Assembly: GCA_965202805.1 (NCBI GenBank)
Contig: OZ241869.1
Span: 1,344,001 to 1,408,000, forward strand
Length of the DNA stretch: 64,000 bases
Direction of reading: 5' to 3'
Source of the DNA: Longimicrobiales bacterium
GTDB lineage: Bacteria > Gemmatimonadota > Gemmatimonadetes > Longimicrobiales > Gaopeijiaceae
Shown here one piece after another: positions 56,918 to 64,000 of this stretch. The notes under the pieces are model-generated. The model did not search any database and was not told where the DNA came from. It saw only the letters and a list, made by a program, of their open reading frames with translations. The position numbers and the translations under genes were made by a program. The number at the start of each line of letters is the position of its first letter. Position 1 is the first letter of the stretch.

Positions 56918-58378
56918 CTACCAGGGCTCGATGTATGGCGTCACCAGGATGACCAGATCGCGCTGGATCTTCTGCCGGCGGTCGACTCGAAAGAGGGCGC
57001 CGAGCACCGGGATCCTCATCAACAGGGGAATCCCCGAGCGGCTCTCGATCTCCTCGGTCACGGTCAGCCCGCCGATGACCACCGTTTCCCCATCCCGGAC
57101 CAGCACGCGGGACGCCGCTTCCTGCGTATGGAAGACGACGCCGGCATCGGATGCGGCCGGGGTGAATTCCGCGAAGGAGCGTTCCGCGTGAAGGTCGAGC
57201 AGGACGTTGCCTCCCTCGGTGACGTGCGGGGTCACCTCGAACACGATGCCCGTCTCCTGAATCTCCACGGCAGCGGTGGGCACCACAGGGGACGGCAGCC
57301 CTCCCCCACCCCCGGCGCCCGCGTCCAGTACCCTGATCGGCGTGCGTTCACCCACCAGGATGCGGGCGGTCTGGTTGTCCAGGACGGAGATGTACGGGGC
57401 CGCCTCCATGCGCGACAGGTTGAGCGTCTCGAGCGCTTCCAGGAATGCCAGCAGCGTGTGTCGTCCCAGGAGCAGCGAGGTCAGCACCGAAAGCGCGGAG
57501 CCCGAAATGCGAATTCCCGCGTTGCCGAGCGCGGAGATGGAGTTCCCGTCCAGCAACACCATGTCCTCGTTGACGGGTTCGTCCGATGGTTCGCTGCCGG
57601 AAGCCTCGCCGCCCGCGTCCTGCGAGTTTTCGCCCGGGTCCGTTCCCCCGAATGGGAGATGCAGCTGGTTGCCGCGGGAGTCCCGCAGGTCGTAGGTGAC
57701 CCCGAGTTCCTCCAGCCCGGTCCGGTGCACGAAGACGATCCGGGCGGAGATGGTGATCTGGGGAGCACGTGTGTCGAGTTCCTGGAAGAGCGGGTCGACC
57801 TGGGCCAGCACTCTGGGCACGTCCGTCACGATGACGCTGTTCGTGGCCGGCGAGAGGGAAGCGCTGCCGCGGTCGCTCAGAAGCGACTGAGCGGATGGCA
57901 GCAGGTCGGCAGCGGCCGCGTAGCTTATGTGAAACACCCTCGTCTCAAGGGGCTCCACGTCTTCACGCCGGTTCAGGTTCTCGATGTTGTCGACCCTCAG
58001 AATGCCGTTCTCCAACTCGCGCGCCGCCAGCCCGTGCGAATCGAGAATGACGCGCAGGGCTTCGTCCCAGGGTTGTTCCCGGATGTCGGCCGAGACGATG
58101 CCGGTTACGTCGGCCCCGGGGACGATGGAGATGCCCGCGAACTCCGAGAAGGTGAAGAGCACATCCCGGAGCGGAGCCGCGACGAAGGTGGCGGTGATGC
58201 GCGGCTCCCCGGGAGACGCCTGGGCAACCTGCGGTGCAAGCATGGCGGGGGCGGCCAGGTCGGCGGAATGGACATCCTCCCGGGGACCGGGCGCCGGCGC
58301 GGACGCCGCTCCGTAAAGGGGAAGAACATCCACCGAGGGGAACCCCAGGCACATCCAGGCAACCAGCATCCGTTTCAT
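56918..58378 (-). CDS. pilQ: Type IV pilus secretin
   Basis: QPWDEAL, TNSVIVTD, QITISARIV, EVTPHV, DGETVVIGGL, GIPLLMRIPVLGALF, LVILVTP. Confidence 0.92.
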   Translation of the reverse strand: MKRMLVAWMCLGFPSVDVLPLYGAASAPAPGPREDVHSADLAAPAMLAPQVAQASPGEPRITATFVAAPLRDVLFTFSEFAGISIVPGADVTGIVSADIREQPWDEALRVILDSHGLAARELENGILRVDNIENLNRREDVEPLETRVFHISYAAAADLLPSAQSLLSDRGSASLSPATNSVIVTDVPRVLAQVDPLFQELDTRAPQITISARIVFVHRTGLEELGVTYDLRDSRGNQLHLPFGGTDPGENSQDAGGEASGSEPSDEPVNEDMVLLDGNSISALGNAGIRISGSALSVLTSLLLGRHTLLAFLEALETLNLSRMEAAPYISVLDNQTARILVGERTPIRVLDAGAGGGGGLPSPVVPTAAVEIQETGIVFEVTPHVTEGGNVLLDLHAERSFAEFTPAASDAGVVFHTQEAASRVLVRDGETVVIGGLTVTEEIESRSGIPLLMRIPVLGALFRVDRRQKIQRDLVILVTPYIEPW

Positions 58379-58869
58379 CGCCCCGCTCTCCCTCGTTGTC
58401 GATTCAGGCGCAGCTCCCGTCGCTCACCAACTCCGAATCGGGTGATCTCGACGATCACGTACTCCTGCTCGACCCGGAGGACTCTCATGTCGCCCAGAAC
58501 GACATCCTGTCGAAGGCGAAACGTGCCTTCGCCGCTGCCGCTCGAGGCCGCTTGGGTCGCTGTCCCCGAACTGATCAGAGCGACGCTCTCCCGCGGGTTG
58601 AGGGAGTGGATGACGCCGATAAGCCGCAGCTCCTCGAACCTGGTTCCCGCCGAGCTGTCGGGCAGAAGCCGCACAAACGGGTCGCGCCGGTCGCCTCCGG
58701 GATAGACGAAGACCTCCCGGTCCGGACTCGGTTCGCGATCCTCGGCGCCAGACGCCGCAGGGACGCCTTCCGCGCCGGGCAACGTCGGAGGTCGAGCCTG
58801 CCCGATGAGCGCCCGAGGTCCCAGTGCTGCGGCTGCGAGAGCAGACACGAGGCGCAGTACGGCATTCAT
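58375..58869 (-). CDS. PilP-like protein
   Basis: RRDPFV motif and LRLIGVI; located between pilO and pilQ. Confidence 0.7.
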   Translation of the reverse strand: MNAVLRLVSALAAAALGPRALIGQARPPTLPGAEGVPAASGAEDREPSPDREVFVYPGGDRRDPFVRLLPDSSAGTRFEELRLIGVIHSLNPRESVALISSGTATQAASSGSGEGTFRLRQDVVLGDMRVLRVEQEYVIVEITRFGVGERRELRLNRQRGRAGR

Positions 58870-59474
58870 CGGGCGACCTCGATCGGCGGCCCGTTCGACC
58901 CGGCGGCAGGCGTCCCTGACCGGGGACGCACATACGTCTCGATCCGGAACTGAGCCCGCACAGCCGAATCGTCCTCCATGGACGGGTCGGGAACCGAAGT
59001 CATCTCCACCGCCGTCGGCGTAACGATGCGCGGCAGCGACGCGACGGCCGTAAGAAAGCGTGCCACCTCGTGGTAGCGCCCCACCACGGACACCTCATAG
59101 CTGCGCTTCGCGTAGAACGGACCGCTCCCTCCTTCTCCGGGACGAATGAAGGCCAGATCGCCCAGCCCCGAGCGCCGGGCTTCGGCCGCCAGCGACTCCA
59201 GGAGCGCCGGGAGCTCCTCGCTGCGGGGGATCAACTGCTCCAGCTGCGCGATGCGATCCGCGTAGCGTTCCAGCCGGCTCGCGAGTTGCGCAGTCCCCTC
59301 GGGCACCAGGCTCCGCCCAAGGTCGTTCGCGGCCTCCAGCTGTTGCAGCCGCCGCTCCAGGCGCTCGGCCTCCCCGGTCCGCCCACGGCGCTCATGGTAG
59401 AGCAGGGCGGCGGCCAGTGTCACCAGGACCGCGCCGAGCAGCGCGGGCCGCCGACCCGGGATGCCGATCTTCAT
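58866..59474 (-). CDS. pilO: Type IV pilus assembly PilO
   Basis: TM, coiled coil, LIPRSEELPALL, GRYHEVARFL..LPRIV. Confidence 0.88.
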   Translation of the reverse strand: MKIGIPGRRPALLGAVLVTLAAALLYHERRGRTGEAERLERRLQQLEAANDLGRSLVPEGTAQLASRLERYADRIAQLEQLIPRSEELPALLESLAAEARRSGLGDLAFIRPGEGGSGPFYAKRSYEVSVVGRYHEVARFLTAVASLPRIVTPTAVEMTSVPDPSMEDDSAVRAQFRIETYVRPRSGTPAAGSNGPPIEVAR

Positions 59475-60097
59475 GACGGGTTCTCCATTGTGCGCCGGGG
59501 CTGGTAGGCGACCCAAAGGACGAAGGCACTGAGGACCCACTCACCGCCGCCCGGCAATCGTTCGGCGACCTGCTCGGTGCCGGCCAGGCTGACGGAAGCC
59601 AGGAAGGGAGAGGCTTCCAGCCGGTTCATGAAGCGCGTCAATGCAAGGGTGTTTGCGGTCCGTCCCTCGATCTCCACCTGGAGTTCATCCCCGGCGCCCG
59701 CTTCCGCGATGCGCGTCAGCCAGGTGAAGTCCGGCACGGCAGCCGCCACGTCATCGAGGATGTGGGGCCAGACGTACCGCCCATCGTCGAGTTCCCGGAT
59801 GATCCGCATCCGCGCGGCCACGGAATCGCGTCCGGCGCGCAATTGCTCTGCGGTGGAGATGAGGCCGGCCAAATCGGTCGAGTCGCGCACGGCCTGGGCG
59901 ACTCGATCCTCCAGAGCCCGGTGCCGGTCGCGCGCACCGGGGTGCAGCACCGCCAGTACGAGGAGGGTGACCAGCCCGGGAACGCTGGCCAGCAGGTGCC
60001 ACAGCGAGGCCGCCCTCGAAGCCGGCGCTTCCACCGACGAGTGCGGTGTGCGCGCGCCTCTGCCCGCGTCCTGCGGCATCAGGTTGATTTCGATCAC
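59471..60097 (-). CDS. pilN: Type IV pilus assembly PilN
   Basis: IEINLMP N-terminal motif, TM, VPDFTWL, FMNRLEASPF. Confidence 0.88.
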   Translation of the reverse strand: MIEINLMPQDAGRGARTPHSSVEAPASRAASLWHLLASVPGLVTLLVLAVLHPGARDRHRALEDRVAQAVRDSTDLAGLISTAEQLRAGRDSVAARMRIIRELDDGRYVWPHILDDVAAAVPDFTWLTRIAEAGAGDELQVEIEGRTANTLALTRFMNRLEASPFLASVSLAGTEQVAERLPGGGEWVLSAFVLWVAYQPRRTMENPS

Positions 60098-61131
60098 CGG
60101 TCGCGGCTCCGTGCCGATGAGCGCAGCGCCAGTCCCACCGGCAGCAGCAGCATGGGTGCGATCTCCTCCAACTCGACGCCGACGCAGGCATCGGGACGGA
60201 CGGGGAGCTGCTCGAAGGGGTTGGCGACATGCGTCTCGACCGAGAGAACGCGGCCCAGCGCATCGGCCAGGCCCGGAATCCGCGCCCCTCCGCCACTCAG
60301 GTAGACGCGCCCCAGACCCAGGTCGGCAGGCCTCGTCTTGAGGAAGGCCGTCGCCTGCTCCAACCCCACGGCCATTTCGTCCGCGGCGACTTCGACGACC
60401 GACTGGAAATCCGGCGATGCCCGCTGGCCGCGAATGATGGCTTCCGTGGACCGCGTGTCGAGGTCCAACTCCCGCTTGGCCGCCCTGCACAGAGAGTGCA
60501 CGCCAAAATGGAGATCGCGTGTGACCGCAGGGATTCCTTCCTCCACAACGACCACGGTGGTCGTCTCCCAGCCCATGTCCGCGACCATGACGATCCCCTC
60601 GGCCGCTTCGGGATGGTTGTGGATCAGGGCATTCCCAAGCGCAAAGCCATCCACATCCAGCACTTCGAGCACGAGTCCCGCGGCGGACACGATGTCGGCA
60701 GCGCCGTGCACGAGGTCTCGTTTGGCCGCCACCAGGAGGACATCCATTGGATCTCCGGAGGTGAGGATCTGGAAGTCCAGTTCAACGCTGGCGGTATCGA
60801 AGGAAAGATGCTGTTCGGCTTCCCAGCGGATGACCTCCCGCAGTTCGGACGGCTTCATGCGCTCCAACTCGACTCGCTTGACAATCACATCGTGACCGCC
60901 GACGCCGGTCACAACCTGGCGGCTCCTCAATCCGGAATCCCGGAACAGCTCGGCGACCGCTTCCACCACGGCAGCTCCGGCGTGCGCCTCGCCGCCCTCC
61001 TCCGTCAACGCGCGCATCGCGATTCGAGAGACTTCGGGAGCATTCCCGGCATGGCTCACCTGAACGACCTTCAGGTATCGGCTCCCGACATCGAGACCGA
61101 TGGACACCTGTCCGCGCCTGAACCAGCTCAT
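60094..61131 (-). CDS. pilM: Type IV pilus assembly PilM
   Basis: IGLDVGS, VLLVAAK, DVDGFAL, LSGGGARIPGL, NPF, GLALR. Confidence 0.93.
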   Translation of the reverse strand: MSWFRRGQVSIGLDVGSRYLKVVQVSHAGNAPEVSRIAMRALTEEGGEAHAGAAVVEAVAELFRDSGLRSRQVVTGVGGHDVIVKRVELERMKPSELREVIRWEAEQHLSFDTASVELDFQILTSGDPMDVLLVAAKRDLVHGAADIVSAAGLVLEVLDVDGFALGNALIHNHPEAAEGIVMVADMGWETTTVVVVEEGIPAVTRDLHFGVHSLCRAAKRELDLDTRSTEAIIRGQRASPDFQSVVEVAADEMAVGLEQATAFLKTRPADLGLGRVYLSGGGARIPGLADALGRVLSVETHVANPFEQLPVRPDACVGVELEEIAPMLLLPVGLALRSSARSRDR

Positions 61132-61143
61132 CGGCCCCAAACG

Positions 61144-62277
61144 CTAGACCGGCTCGATCCAGGAGCCCGCCGGCATGGCTCGCATCGTCCGTAGTCCGGC
61201 ATGGCTGAGCGCGCGCAGCCCGGCGCAGGCGGACCCCTCCACTCGAGCCCGGCCTTCCAGGAGCACCTGGTCGCCGGATCGGATCCATCCCGCGACGAGG
61301 ACGTCGTCGGCGAGGCGGACCGTCCCGCCCGCCAGCACCAGTCCCGCGAAGGTCGCGTCCGCCGAGAAGCTTGCTTCCCCGTCGACCACGAGCACCCCCT
61401 GCCCCTCGCCTCCGGTCACCTGCAGCGACCCACGGACCACGACGACCGGAAGGTAGGTTCCACAGCTCCCGGCGGGATTGAGGGGCGTGCCCCAATTGCC
61501 CGCCGGAGTTGCCGGACAACCGCTGCCCAGATGGACGCGCGTACTGCCACCAGGGACGCCGAGCGTGATGTCCGCCAGTCCCTCCAGATCCTGGAGCGAC
61601 AACGCCCCAAGGTTCAGGGACGGCGGATTCAGGTCGACCGCCAGGCGCTGCCGCCGGGCCGGCTCCAGCGTCGAAGCCGGGGGCACCCAGGACGCACTCT
61701 CCGATACACTGCCATGCGGAAAGAGCGAATCCGCCAGAGGCAGGTGTGGCGCGCACTCCGTAGTGCTCCAGGTTAAAGGAACAGCCGTGACACGGTCCCC
61801 CGCTATCAGGGCCGAATCCATGACCGCTGCATGGGCCCGGGACGCGACCGCGGCCGGGAATGCAGCGAGCCGGGCACCCGGATCGAGCGCCCAGGTCAGC
61901 CGCCCCGCCGTCGTGCGCGCCTCGCCGTCTACCCTCCCCTCCCCCGCGAGCAGGTAAATCTCTCGCGTAAGACGATGCGCCACAACGCGGTAGCCACCTC
62001 GATCCCCGTGCGCACCCTCCACCACCGCACTGTCCCCGACGGGAGTGGCCGCAAGCACTTCCGCCGCCGACCCGGCCACAGCGCGGACCCCGCCCTCGGC
62101 CGCGAGCCGCGCGACCAGCAGGTCGCGTTCCGCTCCGGCAACCGCAAGTTCCTGCCGCGCCAGGTAGTGGAGGAGGTGCCCGAAGGCGGTGGCGGCAAGC
62201 AGTACCATGAGGATCACCGGAATCGCAAATCCCGCATCGGCCATATCTCCCGAGGCGGCAACGCTCCTCACGGCCAT
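61144..62277 (-). CDS. PilX-like minor pilin
   Basis: AG-FAIPV (no Glu5) hydrophobic helix, ARLAAEGG; C-terminal GQGVLVVDG..FAGLV beta-solenoid-like region; start 62277 or 62244. Confidence 0.7.
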   Translation of the reverse strand: MAVRSVAASGDMADAGFAIPVILMVLLAATAFGHLLHYLARQELAVAGAERDLLVARLAAEGGVRAVAGSAAEVLAATPVGDSAVVEGAHGDRGGYRVVAHRLTREIYLLAGEGRVDGEARTTAGRLTWALDPGARLAAFPAAVASRAHAAVMDSALIAGDRVTAVPLTWSTTECAPHLPLADSLFPHGSVSESASWVPPASTLEPARRQRLAVDLNPPSLNLGALSLQDLEGLADITLGVPGGSTRVHLGSGCPATPAGNWGTPLNPAGSCGTYLPVVVVRGSLQVTGGEGQGVLVVDGEASFSADATFAGLVLAGGTVRLADDVLVAGWIRSGDQVLLEGRARVEGSACAGLRALSHAGLRTMRAMPAGSWIEPV

Positions 62278-63005
62278 ATCTCCCGCGGCCATACGCGCAC
62301 TGAATCGATGGCCGTCGCAGCGTCGGCCGTTTCGAAGGCCAGCCGCAGATCGACTCCGACCCCATGGCCGGAAACTCCCGAGGCGGCACCGGCACCTGTT
62401 CGCAACACCTGCGCGGTGAGTGGCTGGCGACCCCCTCGACCCGGTCGGTAGCGGAAAGCCCCCGCGGCGACGTGGTAGCTGCCCCGCTCGAAGATTCGTC
62501 CCACGACCGCCCCGGGTACGGCCGGATTCAGCTCCCAAACCTCACCGCCGCCGCCATCTTCGCATGCGCCGGGACGAGCCCGGGCCCGGACGAGTTTCGT
62601 GACGCGCCACACCCCGTCCGTTCCGAGGACCAGCACGGAGTCCTTGGCGGAGTCGGGTCGGCGCAGCCCGGTGTAGCGCACCACCCACTGCGGCGGTGCG
62701 ACGCTGGCACACCGAACCGCCGTTCCGCGGACCGCCCTTACGACAACGGAATCTCCGTCGCCCCCCGCCACCCAGTCGATCCCGGCAAGCCCCGTCCTCA
62801 GTTCCTGCGCGAGCGTGTACCGCGCAATTCTTCCGGTCTCGCGCACTTCCGAGTCCGTGGTCACGTTCGCCAGGGCATGTCGAAGGGTTACCAGTGTCCG
62901 CAGCGCCGCCCCCGTGACCGCGATCATGAGCAGCATGGCGGTAAGAGCCTCCACGATCGAGGAGCCGCGACGGGAAGCGAGTACCGGCGGAGGTGACGCG
63001 CCCAT
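62268..63005 (-). CDS. PilW-like minor pilin
   Basis: RRG-SSIVE prepilin motif, hydrophobic helix, ELR; cluster position. Confidence 0.72.
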   Translation of the reverse strand: MGASPPPVLASRRGSSIVEALTAMLLMIAVTGAALRTLVTLRHALANVTTDSEVRETGRIARYTLAQELRTGLAGIDWVAGGDGDSVVVRAVRGTAVRCASVAPPQWVVRYTGLRRPDSAKDSVLVLGTDGVWRVTKLVRARARPGACEDGGGGEVWELNPAVPGAVVGRIFERGSYHVAAGAFRYRPGRGGRQPLTAQVLRTGAGAASGVSGHGVGVDLRLAFETADAATAIDSVRVWPREIWP

Positions 63006-63006
63006 C

Positions 63007-63381
63007 TCAGGGTACCGGCACCGTGGCCGTCACGCGCAGCAACTCCGCTCTCGTGGTGTCGTGTGCGCTGGCCCGGACGACTACCTGCAGAAGACGGCCA
63101 CCCAGGGGAACCGGATCGTCCCAGGCCAACACCCCCCACGGGTGCTGGCGCGTCCCGCCGCCCGATGCCCCGAAGAGTCCAAGAGAGTCGGCGATTTCGC
63201 CCGCCGCCACGACCGCCGCGGCCAGTTCCCCGGCGCGCCGCCAGGTATGGAGCGATCCGGTACCCAGCGCGGCCGTGGCCAACAGCCCCGTGCACAGGAG
63301 CACAATGGCCAGCATCGCCTCGACGAGCGTGAAGCCCGCAGGTGCCGCCCTGGCGGGACGCGGCCGGGTCGACCCACTCAT
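63007..63381 (-). CDS. PilV-like minor pilin
   Basis: AG-FTLVEAML prepilin motif; ATGA overlap with upstream gene. Confidence 0.78.
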   Translation of the reverse strand: MSGSTRPRPARAAPAGFTLVEAMLAIVLLCTGLLATAALGTGSLHTWRRAGELAAAVVAAGEIADSLGLFGASGGGTRQHPWGVLAWDDPVPLGGRLLQVVVRASAHDTTRAELLRVTATVPVP

Positions 63382-63806
63382 CGCCGCGAGACCCGCCCGT
63401 AGGTGGAAACCACCAGCGACGCGGATGCGGCGCCCCGCCCGAAGCGAAGCGTGCGGGCCGCCATCCGGCCCAGCCCGAGCGCATTGAACTCGATGGTTGC
63501 GAGCGTGTCTCGCCCCGACATGTCGAGCGACACTCCGTAGCGGTCTCCCAGGTCGATGCGCTCCCGGAAGGTGCCCCCGAGGCTGCGCTCGATGTGCCCG
63601 CGGCGAGGCAGTATCGTGACCGTCGAGGCACCCGACCCCAGCGCGTCCACCCGAGCACGCGCAAGAAGTGCCGCGCCGGCCTCGCGTGCCTGGGTCACGG
63701 CCCAGCGATCCCGGTGCCGCTGCAGGGCGGGCAGCCCCAGCGCAATCCCGATGCCGACGATCGCCAGCACCAACAGGCACTCGAAAAGTGTGAATCCCCC
63801 GTTCAT
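63378..63806 (-). CDS. FimT/GspH-like minor pilin
   Basis: GG-FTLFECLLVL, ARVDA, IEFNALG, VSTYGRV. Confidence 0.82.
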   Translation of the reverse strand: MNGGFTLFECLLVLAIVGIGIALGLPALQRHRDRWAVTQAREAGAALLARARVDALGSGASTVTILPRRGHIERSLGGTFRERIDLGDRYGVSLDMSGRDTLATIEFNALGLGRMAARTLRFGRGAASASLVVSTYGRVSRR

Positions 63807-63938
63807 GCCATGAAAGATGGCGTCGGGGAATGCTGCCGGGGATGGCGTTCCGGGACTACGGAATGTCGAATCCGGGACTGCCCGGAGTCGGGGGCCGCTC
63901 CGACCGCGATCGCGATCGCGACCGCTTGGGGATGATCG

Positions 63939-64000
63939 TTACTGAAACTGCGTGGGGATCGTCAGAACCTGACCCGGATAGATGCGGCTGCCCAGCAGGT
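63939..64000 (-). CDS. C-terminus of a LysM-domain protein (partial)
   Basis: Manual translation LLGSRIYPGQVLTIPTQFQ-stop matches the LysM tail pattern. Confidence 0.7.
   Translation of the reverse strand, partial: LLGSRIYPGQVLTIPTQFQ

Overview
High-GC bacterial chromosome segment; gene content and order suggest a diderm of the FCB superphylum, probably Gemmatimonadota (inference, not verified). Most of the window is housekeeping: PBP1A, pdp, ruvX-mltG-thiE, a complete atp operon, MoxR, thiD, nucleoside salvage (punA, nupC), dnaK, degP, tRNA-Leu-tig-clpP-clpX-yihA, argF-gcvT, topA-xerC-hslVU, aroCK, and a fimT-pilVWX-pilMNOPQ type IV pilus cluster. No mobile elements or CRISPR were seen. Two things stand out. 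(1) A five-gene outer-membrane operon (12170 to 1302, minus strand): TonB-dependent receptor, a 1345-aa Cys-paired protein with a T9SS-CTD-like tail, a PorV/PorQ-family barrel, a small beta-barrel, and a lipoprotein with RskA-like repeats. It has no SusD, is preceded by a roughly 290-nt structured leader and is closed by a terminator. (2) A candidate sigma-54 chaperone circuit: the dyad GTCTGCCA-TTT-TG(G/T)CAG occurs as a pair next to a near-consensus -24/-12 promoter of dnaK, and as a second pair flanking the putative sigma-70 promoter of the argF-gcvT-bEBP gene run, which encodes an atypical sigma-54 activator. Start codons were refined by eye from the ORF track; all family assignments are by motif recognition, not database search.
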